DNA of 64,000 nucleotides from an uncultured Gammaproteobacteria bacterium (GCA_964428655.1 CAYRYE010000001.1:73328-137327), one strand, 5' to 3'. Counted from the first letter of the stretch, positions 51,883 through 61,797 are shown. The notes: generated by a model not told the origin, from the letters alone. Numbers and translations are program-made.

Positions 51883-53094
51883 ATGAGAAATTTTAAGCGT
51901 GGTCGTTCTCGTGGTTTTCGCGGGAAAAATAACAGATCATTTGGTCAACATCGATCAAACAGATCAGGTGGTCAAAGTAGATATCAAAACAGAGGTGTTT
52001 TTTTGAACCCACTCATGTTCGTCAAGAAGGCTGTTGATGTTGTCGAAACGCCATATGTGCCAGTAAACAGTTTTTCGGATTTTCCTTTGGGTGAAACTGT
52101 AAAAAAGAATATACTGGCGCATGGCTTTGACAAACCGACCGCAATTCAAGATCAGGCAATACTTCCCGTACTAAAAGGAAGGGACTTGGTTGGCATTGCC
52201 AACACAGGAACTGGAAAAACAGCGGCTTTTTTGCTGCCTTTGATTACAAAAGTGTCAAAAGATCGAAACCAAAAAGTTTTGATCGTGACGCCCACCCGTG
52301 AACTAGCGGTACAGATTCAAGACGAATTCAAACTGTTTAGTTCGGGTTTGGGAGTTTTTTCAGTACTATGTATCGGTGGTGCCTCGTTGAACAATCAAGC
52401 GCGCGGGTTGTCAAGACAACCTAATTTTGTGATTGGAACCCCTGGAAGAATCAAAGATCTAGAAAGACGACGGATTTTGAACCTTAACCACTTTGGAAAT
52501 GTAGTGTTAGATGAGGTTGACCGCATGTTGGACATGGGATTTATCCATGATGTCCGACACATTATTTCGTTTTTACCAAAGAATCGCCAATCTTTATTCT
52601 TCTCGGCAACGGTGCCAAGGGAAACCAAGGTGATAATGCAAAATTTTTTAACTGACCCAGTAACAGTGTCGGTAAAAACCGGCGTGACTCCTCAAAATGT
52701 TGATCAAGACATAATTCGAACACGGGGCAAAAACAAACTTGAGATTCTTCACCAGCTATTGATCAAAGGGGAATTTGAGAAAGTTTTGGTTTTTGGCCGA
52801 ACCAAATGGGGAGTGAACAAACTTGAGACAAGTCTAACCAGGAGAGGTTTTAAGGCCGTGGCAATTCATGGTAACAAAAGCCAGAGACAGAGGCTGCAGG
52901 CCTTGAAGATGTTAAAGAATAATGAGGTTCAGATTTTGCTGGCCACAGATGTGGCCTCTAGGGGGATTGACATAGAGGACATAACCCATGTCATCAACTA
53001 TGATGTGCCAGGAACATACAATGACTATGTGCATCGAATAGGTCGAACAGGAAGAATGGGGAAAAAGGGTGTGGCACTGACTTTTGTTGACTGA
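51883..53094 (+). CDS. DEAD-box RNA helicase
   Basis: Q motif, GTGKT, PTRELA, TPGR, DEVD, SAT, HRIGRTGR. Confidence 0.96.
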   Translation: MRNFKRGRSRGFRGKNNRSFGQHRSNRSGGQSRYQNRGVFLNPLMFVKKAVDVVETPYVPVNSFSDFPLGETVKKNILAHGFDKPTAIQDQAILPVLKGRDLVGIANTGTGKTAAFLLPLITKVSKDRNQKVLIVTPTRELAVQIQDEFKLFSSGLGVFSVLCIGGASLNNQARGLSRQPNFVIGTPGRIKDLERRRILNLNHFGNVVLDEVDRMLDMGFIHDVRHIISFLPKNRQSLFFSATVPRETKVIMQNFLTDPVTVSVKTGVTPQNVDQDIIRTRGKNKLEILHQLLIKGEFEKVLVFGRTKWGVNKLETSLTRRGFKAVAIHGNKSQRQRLQALKMLKNNEVQILLATDVASRGIDIEDITHVINYDVPGTYNDYVHRIGRTGRMGKKGVALTFVD

Positions 53095-53251
53095 ATATAA
53101 TCTATACACGTGTTTGGAACGAGAGATATTGTATATCGGGGTTGTGGAATGGCAGTACTCCACAAAATAGATCAAAACTACGCAGGAATTTGAGGTAGTT
53201 TAAGGGCTTCAAAAAGATTTCTTAATTCGCTTAAATCATCAATTTTTCTTG

Positions 53252-53277
53252 TTGCGGAATAAGTCCTTTAAGGGGAG
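53252..53277. other. att junction A9
   Basis: TTGCGG-N15-GGGAG; minus strand LLPLKDLFRNKK... Confidence 0.6.
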
Positions 53278-53659
53278 TAAAATCCATAAAAAAGACTGTT
53301 ATATTGCCTTTCTTGTTTACAGAGATTTTTTGTGCCGCTTTGTTTTTTGGCAATTTTTTCGCTATTTACAAATTCATCTTTCTTGAAACCTAGCTTTTTT
53401 AAATTTAGCTCTTTACTTTTGACTGCGCCAGAGCCCGCTTCAGAAACTCCGATTTATTGGGTTTTTTTGGTTGCACAAAATTGATATGTTTTGACATCTT
53501 GACAAAGTGTTTTGAAAAGTTTTATATAAAGCTCAGGTTTAACTTTTATTTAAACCTAAAACGTGCCCAAAAATTTAATAAGTATTAGTTTGCAAATCCA
53601 AGGCCTTCAACAAACTTCTCTAGAGAGTTTTTTTAGTGGATGGAGAGGAGGTGATGATT

Positions 53660-53707
53660 GTGGCCAATAAAAAAAAGAAGAAGAAGGGAGGCAAGAAAAA
53701 AAAGTAA
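53660..53707 (+). CDS. 15-aa Lys-rich micro-protein
   Basis: GGAGGTG SD, GTG start, MANKKKKKKGGKKKK*, terminator follows. Confidence 0.55.
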   Translation: MANKKKKKKGGKKKK

Positions 53708-53721
53708 ATGCCTCCCAGTGA

Positions 53722-53756
53722 GAAGCGGTGCTTCCAAAGGCACCGCTTTCTTTTTA
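53722..53756 (+). terminator. Intrinsic terminator
   Basis: AAGCGGTGC...GCACCGCTT plus T run. Confidence 0.8.
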
Positions 53757-53931
53757 GCAAAAATTAAAGATATTTTCAAGGCAACTAGTCCAAACTTCGC
53801 TCCGGGCAAAGTGTTTGGTTATGTTAAAATTACGCTTCGGAGCTAGTTGGAACTTAATATACCAATTAGTCTTTTTTAAAACTTCAATAGAGATGAGTCT
53901 TAAAATGCTTCTATTCTAATAAATTCCCTTT

Positions 53932-53949
53932 TTCTCAGCCATTTCTCAG
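53932..53949 (+). promoter_or_regulatory. OmpR-type direct repeat TTCTCAG-N4-TTCTCAG
   Basis: Upstream of TATAAT of response regulator; same repeat at 55723-55740. Confidence 0.75.
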
Positions 53950-53973
53950 AAAATTGATATAATATACCTCAAG

Positions 53974-54657
53974 ATGAGGATTCTAGTTGTTGAAGATGAG
54001 CATAAAATAGCCAATTCCATAAAAAAGGGGCTGGAACAGGAATCCTATGCCGTTGATGTGGCTTATGATGGCGAGCAAGGTTTTGATTTAGCAGTAACTG
54101 AAGACTACGATGTGATTGTTTTAGATTTAATGCTTCCTAAGGTGGGTGGAATGGATATCTGTAAAAAACTTAGAAAAGAAGAAAATATCCATACTCCTAT
54201 ATTGGTGTTAACTGCCAAAGGGCAACTGGATGATAAGGTTAAGGGCTTAAATGCGGGCGCCGATGATTATTTGGTTAAACCATTTGCATTTGCGGAGCTT
54301 TTGGCTCGAATTAGAGCTTTAACTCGAAGACCCAAAAATAGCTTAAATCCTGTTTTAGAGGCCAAGGATTTAACCCTAAATACTTTGACCTTTGAAGTGA
54401 AACGGGCGGGAAAACAGACAAAGCTATCAAAAAAAGAATATGCCCTTCTTGAGTACCTTTTGAGACATAAAGACAAAATTCTCACCAAAGAGCAAATTAT
54501 TAACCATGTTTGGGACTATGATTCTGATGTTTTATCTAACACAGTCGAGGTTTATATTGGTTATTTAAGAAATAAAATTGACAAACCATTTAAAAATAAA
54601 AAGCCTCTTATTCAAACCATAAGAGGCTTTGGATATAAAATAGGAGGCAAAGAGTAA
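53974..54657 (+). CDS. OmpR-family response regulator
   Basis: VVEDE, LDLMLP, GADDYLVKPF, TIRGFGY. Confidence 0.97.
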   Translation: MRILVVEDEHKIANSIKKGLEQESYAVDVAYDGEQGFDLAVTEDYDVIVLDLMLPKVGGMDICKKLRKEENIHTPILVLTAKGQLDDKVKGLNAGADDYLVKPFAFAELLARIRALTRRPKNSLNPVLEAKDLTLNTLTFEVKRAGKQTKLSKKEYALLEYLLRHKDKILTKEQIINHVWDYDSDVLSNTVEVYIGYLRNKIDKPFKNKKPLIQTIRGFGYKIGGKE

Positions 54658-55715
54658 TGTTTCGTTCAGCACGAGTAAAACTGACTGGCTGGTATCTTCT
54701 TATCATTATGCTTATTAGCGTGGTTTTTAGTGCGGTGATTTATACTTCCACCACTAGAGAATTGGAGCGTGGTTTTAGACGAGCGGAAATGCGCTTTAGG
54801 GGAGAAGAATTAGACACTCCATTCCACCGACAGTGGCCTGGGCGCTGGGAAAACATAAACCCAACTCCAAGAGAAACAGACTTGAGTTTTTCTTTTATTG
54901 AGGATATAGAGGCGGCCAAGAAAAGAGTTGCTTTGAATTTGTTAATGATAAACGGGGCGATTTTAGCTATCTCGGCTGCGGCTGGATATTTCTTGGCAGG
55001 TAAGACCCTAACACCAATAGAGGTAGCTCTGGACGAACAGAAGCGATTTGTGGCCGATGCTTCTCATGAACTGCGAACTCCGTTGACTGCTCTCAAGACT
55101 TCAATAGAGGTAGCTTTAAGAAAGAAAAGACTGGTAGATAAAGATGCTAGGGCAATAATGGAAAGCAGCCTTGAAGATATAGACGGCCTGGAATCTTTGG
55201 CAAATAATCTCTTAAGTCTAACTCAGTATCAGCAAGGAAACAGCGCTTTTGTTTTTCAACCAACTGATATTAACGAGGTGGTAGAAAATGCACACAAGAA
55301 AATTTCTCCTTTGGCTAAGAAAAAGAACATAAAAATTAGCTTGAGGACTTCAAGTCAAGTACTAGAAGCCAATAGACAAAGTTTGGCAGAGATGATGCTT
55401 ATTTTTCTTGACAATGCGGTTAAATACACACCTAAAAGCGGCAAGGTTGTGGTAACAACAAAATCAGACAGAAAAAACCTTATTGTTGAAGTTAATGATA
55501 CAGGTATTGGTATTTTAAAAGAAGATATTCCCCATATATTTGATAGATTTTATCGAATTGACCAATCTCGTTCTAAAGACAGTGTGGCTGGTTTTGGATT
55601 AGGCTTGTCATTGGCTAAAAGAATTATTGAATTACACAAGGGGTTTGTTGAAGTAGAAAGCGCTGAGGGTGAGGGCACGACTTTCACCGTTAAGCTTCCC
55701 TTCAAACACTCCTAG
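54657..55715 (+). CDS. Sensor histidine kinase
   Basis: 2 TM, ASHELRTPL, DNAVKY, DTGIG, GLGL. Confidence 0.97.
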   Translation: MFRSARVKLTGWYLLIIMLISVVFSAVIYTSTTRELERGFRRAEMRFRGEELDTPFHRQWPGRWENINPTPRETDLSFSFIEDIEAAKKRVALNLLMINGAILAISAAAGYFLAGKTLTPIEVALDEQKRFVADASHELRTPLTALKTSIEVALRKKRLVDKDARAIMESSLEDIDGLESLANNLLSLTQYQQGNSAFVFQPTDINEVVENAHKKISPLAKKKNIKISLRTSSQVLEANRQSLAEMMLIFLDNAVKYTPKSGKVVVTTKSDRKNLIVEVNDTGIGILKEDIPHIFDRFYRIDQSRSKDSVAGFGLGLSLAKRIIELHKGFVEVESAEGEGTTFTVKLPFKHS

Positions 55716-55722
55716 CGATTCT

Positions 55723-55740
55723 TTCTCAGCGTTTTCTCAG
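55723..55740 (+). promoter_or_regulatory. OmpR-type direct repeat TTCTCAG-N4-TTCTCAG
   Basis: Precedes TAGAAT and efflux adaptor gene. Confidence 0.75.
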
Positions 55741-55762
55741 CTTTTATTATTAGAATTGCAGC

Positions 55763-57124
55763 ATGGCGAAGAAAGAGAGTTTGTCTAAATCCAAAAAAGA
55801 GCGGTTTATAAATATCATTGGGGGTTTATTGAACAACCGCAAGAGAGTCGCAGTTTTCCTGGTTTTACTATTAATTGTAGGTTTTGCTGGGTGGAAAGTT
55901 TTGGGCAATAAACAGCAGGAGCCGCAGTACCAAACGGCGCAGGTAGAAAAAGGAACACTTGTTGTTTCAATATCAGCTTCAGGAACAATATCGTCTGCAA
56001 ATAGTATAGACGTAACGACTAAAGCTGGTGGTACTGTGACTCAAGTTTACGTTGAAGATGGAGACACTGTTACAAAGGGTCAAAAATTAGCTGAAATCGA
56101 TTTAGATGATGAAGCAAAAGAAAGGCAAGCAGCAAGTTGGGTAAGTTATCTTAACGCTCTTGAAGGTATTAAGACGGCCGAGGCGGAGAAGATAACCGCC
56201 GACATTGAGATGTGGGAGGAGCGACAGGCCATCTTTAATGCCATAGATGATATTGATTACAAAAACAACAACAGCACAAATCCTGATACTGGGGAAGAGT
56301 ACTCTGACTCAGAGAGAATAATAATCGACAAAACCTTGGAAGAGGCTCAAAAGACTTTTGCGGCCTTGGAGCTTAAATACAAAAATGCGGACGCTGATAT
56401 AGTTTATGCCAAGACAAAAATAGCCTCTTCATTGAGTTCTTATCAGCAACTATCATCCACAATTGCCGCCCCTGCCTCTGGAAAATTAACTAACTTTAGC
56501 CTTTCGCCAGGGGTTTATATACAATCTTCTTCAACTACAAGCAGTGAGACTGGGGCTGTAACAATATCTTCACAAAAAATCGGAGTTATTAAAAGCCCTG
56601 AAGGCAGACTCCAAGCAACCATTAACTTATCAGAAATAGACGTTATCAAAGTTAAGCCTGGCCAAAAATCGACTTTAACGATTGACGCTTATCCTGATAA
56701 AACATTCACAGGCTCGGTACTTTCCGTAGATACCAGTGGCAAAGTTAGCTCAGGTGTCACTACATACACAATTATCATCTTGTTAGACTCAACTACCATA
56801 GACATCTATCCGAATATGGCGGTGAACGCAAATATCATTCTCGATTCAAAAAGCGATATTTTATTAGTTCCTTTAAACGCAATTCAGTCACAAAATGGAC
56901 AAGCAACAGTTCGTGTCATGCAAAATGGACAGGTGGAAAATATTCCAATTAAGACAGGGCTTTCTTCGGATACCCAGACAGAAATTGTCTCTGGAATAGC
57001 TGAAGGAGACGAGATAATTACTAATATTATTACCCCAACTGCCCCAAGTAGTGGCTCTCAAACAACAGGCACTTCACCATTTGGAGGAGCTGGTGCGGGT
57101 GGCATGTTGAGGATGGGTCGTTAG
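55763..57124 (+). CDS. MacA-like membrane fusion protein
   Basis: TM anchor, V.V.DGD.V.KGQ.L, coiled coil, I.TGLS. Confidence 0.9.
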   Translation: MAKKESLSKSKKERFINIIGGLLNNRKRVAVFLVLLLIVGFAGWKVLGNKQQEPQYQTAQVEKGTLVVSISASGTISSANSIDVTTKAGGTVTQVYVEDGDTVTKGQKLAEIDLDDEAKERQAASWVSYLNALEGIKTAEAEKITADIEMWEERQAIFNAIDDIDYKNNNSTNPDTGEEYSDSERIIIDKTLEEAQKTFAALELKYKNADADIVYAKTKIASSLSSYQQLSSTIAAPASGKLTNFSLSPGVYIQSSSTTSSETGAVTISSQKIGVIKSPEGRLQATINLSEIDVIKVKPGQKSTLTIDAYPDKTFTGSVLSVDTSGKVSSGVTTYTIIILLDSTTIDIYPNMAVNANIILDSKSDILLVPLNAIQSQNGQATVRVMQNGQVENIPIKTGLSSDTQTEIVSGIAEGDEIITNIITPTAPSSGSQTTGTSPFGGAGAGGMLRMGR

Positions 57125-57135
57125 CTAACCACAAT

Positions 57136-57849
57136 ATGATAATTAAGATTTCTCATATCTCCAAAATATATAAAACAGGAGAGATAGAAGTTAAAGCCTT
57201 GGATGATGTATCTTTTGAGGTTAAAAAGAGTGAGTTTGTGGCCATCATGGGCCCATCAGGTTCGGGCAAATCCACTCTGATGCATCTTTTGGGAGCGCTT
57301 GATAAACCCACGAAAGGTAACTATTTTTTGGATGGGGATAATGTGGGCAAGCTTGATGATGACGAACTGGCTGAGATTAGAAATAAAAAAGTTGGTTTTG
57401 TTTTTCAGGCATACAATTTGTTACCTCGAACCACAGCTTTGAAAAATGTCATGGTGCCGATGATTTATGGAGATACTTCAAGAGAGGGAAGAATAAAAAA
57501 GGCCAAGAAATATCTTCAGATGGTGGGTTTAGGTGACAGACTTTATCACACCTCTAGTCAATTATCAGGAGGAGAGCAACAGAGGGTAGCGATTGCTAGA
57601 GCCCTTTCTATGAACCCGAGTATTTTACTGGCTGATGAGCCAACTGGCAATATTGCTACCAAACAAGCCGTGGAAATTATGGGAATTTTCCAGGACTTAA
57701 ATGAACAAGGACACACAATAGTGATGATTACTCATGAGAAAGAGATTGCTGAATATGCCAAACGAACAATCCATCTAAGAGATGGACAGATAGTAATAGA
57801 TAAGGAGAATGGCAATCAGCGTTTATTAAAAACCCATAAAGGGAAATAG
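57136..57849 (+). CDS. MacB/LolD-type ABC ATPase
   Basis: GPSGSGKST, LSGGEQQRVAIARAL, LADEPTG. Confidence 0.96.
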   Translation: MIIKISHISKIYKTGEIEVKALDDVSFEVKKSEFVAIMGPSGSGKSTLMHLLGALDKPTKGNYFLDGDNVGKLDDDELAEIRNKKVGFVFQAYNLLPRTTALKNVMVPMIYGDTSREGRIKKAKKYLQMVGLGDRLYHTSSQLSGGEQQRVAIARALSMNPSILLADEPTGNIATKQAVEIMGIFQDLNEQGHTIVMITHEKEIAEYAKRTIHLRDGQIVIDKENGNQRLLKTHKGK

Positions 57850-57851
57850 TC

Positions 57852-59075
57852 ATGGATTACAAAGAACTAGTTTTAGAAAGTTTTAGCACTCTTGCCTTGA
57901 ATAAAGTCAGAACTGGTTTGGCCATGTTGGGAGTAGTAATTGGCATTGGCAGTGTGATTACTTTGGTTTCTTTGGGTCAGGCGAGCCAGCGTTCAATCGA
58001 AGAGCAGATAAAAACTTTGGGTTCAAACTTATTGACGGTGTCGCCAGGAGCACAAAGAAGCGGTGGAGTTCGTGGGGCAGCAGGAGGGGGTCAAACTTTG
58101 ACTTATGATGATGCCAAGGCCATTATCACTTCTCTACAGATTACCACTGTTAAAAAAGTTTCTCCCGAATATTCTGGTCGGGAGCAGATAGTGGCTGGGC
58201 GCAACAATACTAATACTCAAGTAGTGGGGGTAACTCCAGAATATACAGAGGTGAGAAACGTAGGCGTGTCGTCAGGTTTTTTTATTAGCCAGCAGAATCT
58301 TGATGGCATGTCTAAAGTGGCTGTATTGGGACCTCAAACTGCGGTAGATTTGTTTGGAGAAGGAGTTGACCCCGTTGGTAAAGATATAAGAATAAAAGGA
58401 TTGACTTTTAGAGTTGTGGGGACAACAGTCAGTAAAGGTGGAAGCGGTTTTATGAATCAAGATGATAGAGTATATGTACCTTTGACGACAGCTCAAAAAC
58501 AATTGTTTGGCGTTGGTTATCTAAGTTCAATTTCTATTGAAGTTGTGAATCAAGATGTTATGGTTGAGGCTCAAAACCAAGTAGGATACTTATTACTTGA
58601 CAGACATAAATTGAATGACCCAGCACAAGCAGATTTTTCGATTATGTCTCAAGCAGATATTATAGGGACTGCCACTGAGGTGACTGGTACATTTACCACT
58701 CTTTTATCAGGAATAGCTGCTATATCATTGATAGTTGGTGGCATTGGCATTATGAATATTATGTTGGTAACTGTGACGGAAAGGACTAGGGAAATTGGTT
58801 TGAGAAAAGCTCTGGGAGCCAAGAAAAGGGTTGTTAACGCCCAGTTTTTACTGGAAGCGGTGATGGTAACCTTTGTTGGCGGATTGATTGGAATAGTTTT
58901 AGGGGTGAGTGTGGCTTATGTGCTTTCCCACTCTATGGGGTTGCCGTTTGCGCTTTCAGCCCCATCTATCCTTTTGGCTTTTGGGGTATCAGCGGCTATA
59001 GGAGTTTTATTCGGCTGGTACCCAGCTCAAAAAGCGGCGAATCTACAACCAATTGAAGCGTTAAGATATGAATAA
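57852..59075 (+). CDS. MacB-type ABC permease
   Basis: GGIGIMNIMLVTVTERTREIG, PIEALRYE. Confidence 0.96.
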   Translation: MDYKELVLESFSTLALNKVRTGLAMLGVVIGIGSVITLVSLGQASQRSIEEQIKTLGSNLLTVSPGAQRSGGVRGAAGGGQTLTYDDAKAIITSLQITTVKKVSPEYSGREQIVAGRNNTNTQVVGVTPEYTEVRNVGVSSGFFISQQNLDGMSKVAVLGPQTAVDLFGEGVDPVGKDIRIKGLTFRVVGTTVSKGGSGFMNQDDRVYVPLTTAQKQLFGVGYLSSISIEVVNQDVMVEAQNQVGYLLLDRHKLNDPAQADFSIMSQADIIGTATEVTGTFTTLLSGIAAISLIVGGIGIMNIMLVTVTERTREIGLRKALGAKKRVVNAQFLLEAVMVTFVGGLIGIVLGVSVAYVLSHSMGLPFALSAPSILLAFGVSAAIGVLFGWYPAQKAANLQPIEALRYE

Positions 59076-59101
59076 ACAAAAACAAAGGAGGTGAATAGGT
59101 T

Positions 59102-59530
59102 ATGAAACAATCAAACTATATTATTATCGTTGTATTATTGATTCTTATTGGCGCAGGCTTTTTTTATGGTGGAATGAAATATCAACAAGGTAAGCAACCC
59201 TCAAGAGCTGATTTTCAACCTAGAGCAGAAATGAGACAACAAAATTTACCAGCTGGGGCTCAGCAACGAATGGGAGCAGGAACAGTTAGGGGAGAAATAA
59301 TCAGCCGAGATGAAACAAGCATTACTGTTAAACTACCTGATGGTAGCAGTAAAATTGTGTTGATTTCAGAAAGTGCGAAGATAAATAAGGCAATTGAAGC
59401 TACGGTTGATGATTTGGAAACTGGTGAACAAGTGATGGTTATTGGACAGGTAAATTCTGATGGAAGTATAACGGCACAAAATATTCAATTAAGCCCTGAG
59501 CCTAGAGGAATACCCAATAGGGAATCTTAG
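59102..59530 (+). CDS. Exported OB-fold (DUF5666-like) protein
   Basis: GFFYGGMKYQ, GEII......TVKL.DGSSKIV, DGSITA. Confidence 0.75.
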   Translation: MKQSNYIIIVVLLILIGAGFFYGGMKYQQGKQPSRADFQPRAEMRQQNLPAGAQQRMGAGTVRGEIISRDETSITVKLPDGSSKIVLISESAKINKAIEATVDDLETGEQVMVIGQVNSDGSITAQNIQLSPEPRGIPNRES

Positions 59531-59881
59531 AAGCGCAGAAAGCAGCATTTCACTTTATGATAAGTAAACTAAGTAGTCAAAACTAGGCGAGGCTTCACTT
59601 TTGCGATTTCTTTTCTCAAATCCTGCACCAGCTTAAAGTCCTGAAAGACTTGAATTATCTGATTAAATTGCTTGTTTATATTAAGGTTACGCCCCTCGAA
59701 CAAGAAAGGACAGAGCCAAACCAATTTTTTCTGACGAAAAGGAGCTAGGCAGTGGAAGCATAAAGGTTTTCTCTAACTATGATTCTGCCGAGAAAAAGAG
59801 CAGCTAAATGATAGAGGAATTCTTGAGGGGCCAATTTTTCTTGGCTTCTTTAGTTTGGTAAAATAGAAGAAAAATCTAACA

Positions 59882-60313
59882 ATGATAGTTGTAGTATTTT
59901 GGGCTTTAGTAGGAACTTTTGTTTTAGTAGTGAGTCAACTTTTCATTCCGGCAATTGGAGAGTTGTTCAAAGGCTCGCTTCTTTTTTTGTTGCCATTTGC
60001 TATATTCTCTTTACTAGGTGCAGTGTTAACATTTTTGACACTGAGGAAGAAAGTAAAAGGCAAGCTTAGAAAATTTCTAATTTTAACAGGAGTTTCGGCA
60101 ACAGGATTCTTTATTAGTGTTTTGCTGCATAATTTCTTTTATGCTTTAGGAGTAATAGCTAGCCGTATTATTATATTAAAATATTTGATGGAATTTTTTC
60201 ATGGAGCATTTTTCATTATTGCAATCTTCGTTTGCCCAATTGGGTTTTTGATTGGTGCTGTGAGAAGCGGGATACTGTTTATCAAGGAAACCCAGGGGAA
60301 CTGGAGAAAATAA
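59882..60313 (+). CDS. Four-TM hypothetical protein
   Basis: Hydrophobic; LHN..Y motif. Confidence 0.75.
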   Translation: MIVVVFWALVGTFVLVVSQLFIPAIGELFKGSLLFLLPFAIFSLLGAVLTFLTLRKKVKGKLRKFLILTGVSATGFFISVLLHNFFYALGVIASRIIILKYLMEFFHGAFFIIAIFVCPIGFLIGAVRSGILFIKETQGNWRK

Positions 60314-60431
60314 CTGCCTATTTCCTTTTTTTAAAATTTTTGTTAATATCTGTCTTGTTAATGTTTATAAGTGGTTTTTCTTTTGGTCTCCTGTTGGTCT
60401 CCAAAGAAATTTCTACAATCCAAAAAAGGGG

Positions 60432-60695
60432 GTGAATAAATTGAATACTAAACTTTACGTTGGTAATTTAGACTATACTGTTACTGGGGATCAGCTAGGC
60501 GAATTGTTTGCTCAAGCTGGCAAGGTATTAAGCGCTGTTGTTATTAGTGATAAATACTCTGGTCGGTCAAAAGGATTTGGTTTTGTTGAAATGGGTGATG
60601 AAAAAGAAGGAGCAAAGGCAATTGAGATGTTTAACGAAAAAGATTTTCAAGGACGAAAGATGATCGTTAATGAGGCTCGACCACAGAAGACATAA
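60432..60695 (+). CDS. RRM RNA-binding protein
   Basis: LYVGNL (RNP2), KGFGFVEM (RNP1), VNEARP. Confidence 0.95.
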   Translation: MNKLNTKLYVGNLDYTVTGDQLGELFAQAGKVLSAVVISDKYSGRSKGFGFVEMGDEKEGAKAIEMFNEKDFQGRKMIVNEARPQKT

Positions 60696-60871
60696 AATCG
60701 ATTATTCCGAACTTTTGTAGTATAAGTATAAGAGAGCTTAAAAATTCCTAAGTTTAATAGGGGCTTTTGTGCCAGAGTTGGTTTGTTTATTTACTGGCCC
60801 AGGAGAGAGGCAGCCGTTATTCATTTTATTGGTTTTTTAATTAGTGTAGTAGATGAGGAGGTGAAGGAGAA

Positions 60872-60973
60872 ATGGCAAAAAAGAAAAAGGGGTGGCTTTG
60901 GGGTTTAGTAGGAGTGGTGGCAGCTGTTCTAGCGGCAATTGGTTTAATAAAGAAAAAGAAATCAGAGGAATAG
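60872..60973 (+). CDS. 33-aa single-TM peptide
   Basis: GGAGGTG/AAGGAG SD; MAKKKKGWLWGLVGVVAAVLAAIGLIKKKKSEE*. Confidence 0.65.
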   Translation: MAKKKKGWLWGLVGVVAAVLAAIGLIKKKKSEE

Positions 60974-60994
60974 AGGAAAATTAGATTTAATTTT

Positions 60995-61789
60995 ATGCTA
61001 AATCAATTAATTTTGGGCTCCATCCAAGGTATGTTTGAGTGGCTGCCGGTAAGCTCAGAAGGGTTATTGGTTTTAACCAGTATTCACTTTTTTAATCAGG
61101 GTCAGGCATTAAAAGATATTGCCCGGGAAGCGTTGTTTCTTCATTTTGGTACATTTTTAGCGGCCTTAGTTTACTTTCGTAAAGACATAGTCAAGCTTTT
61201 TAAATGTTTGTTTCACTATAAGACTGATAAGACCGAGACTAAGAATATTCTTCAGTTTCTTATCTTGACCAGTTTCATTACTGGTGCAATTGGACTCCTA
61301 AGCCTTAGGTTTATAGACAGTATTGAAAAACAGATTAATGTTACCGGTAAGGTTGTTACTGTTAGTATTGGTCTATTGCTTTTGGGAACAGGCTGGATAC
61401 AAATTAAAACTAAGCGGAATGGGCGCAGAACAATGAAAGATTTAAAAATTACTGATGGTATTTTTTTGGGACTTGTTCAAGGTTTGGCAACTCTGCCTGG
61501 CTTTTCAAGATCAGGCCTAACTATTTCCGTTTTACTTTTAAGAAAATTTAATGATCACTTGGCTCTAAAACTTAGTTTTCTAATGAGCTTGCCGGTTGTT
61601 TTTATTGGCAACATTGTTTTGAATCTAGGTTACTTTTCGCCCAATTCCGGACTTTTATTGGGTTTGCTAACTTCTTTTGTTTTTGGCCTGGCCACGATTC
61701 ATTTTTTGCTTTCCCTGGCCCGAAAAATTAATTTCGGCTATTTTGTTTTGTTATTTGGTTTACTGACAATTATTTCGACTTTGATTTGA
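60995..61789 (+). CDS. uppP: Undecaprenyl-diphosphate phosphatase
   Basis: QG..EWLPVSSEG, LHFGT, PGFSRSG.T, SFLMSLP. Confidence 0.92.
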   Translation: MLNQLILGSIQGMFEWLPVSSEGLLVLTSIHFFNQGQALKDIAREALFLHFGTFLAALVYFRKDIVKLFKCLFHYKTDKTETKNILQFLILTSFITGAIGLLSLRFIDSIEKQINVTGKVVTVSIGLLLLGTGWIQIKTKRNGRRTMKDLKITDGIFLGLVQGLATLPGFSRSGLTISVLLLRKFNDHLALKLSFLMSLPVVFIGNIVLNLGYFSPNSGLLLGLLTSFVFGLATIHFLLSLARKINFGYFVLLFGLLTIISTLI

Positions 61790-61797
61790 ATTCTAAA

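Noticed and set aside
44296-53277. Classical integron attC array
   Set aside because: No tyrosine integron integrase and no consistent RYYYAAC...GTTRRRY hairpins; junctions match the tRNA core instead.
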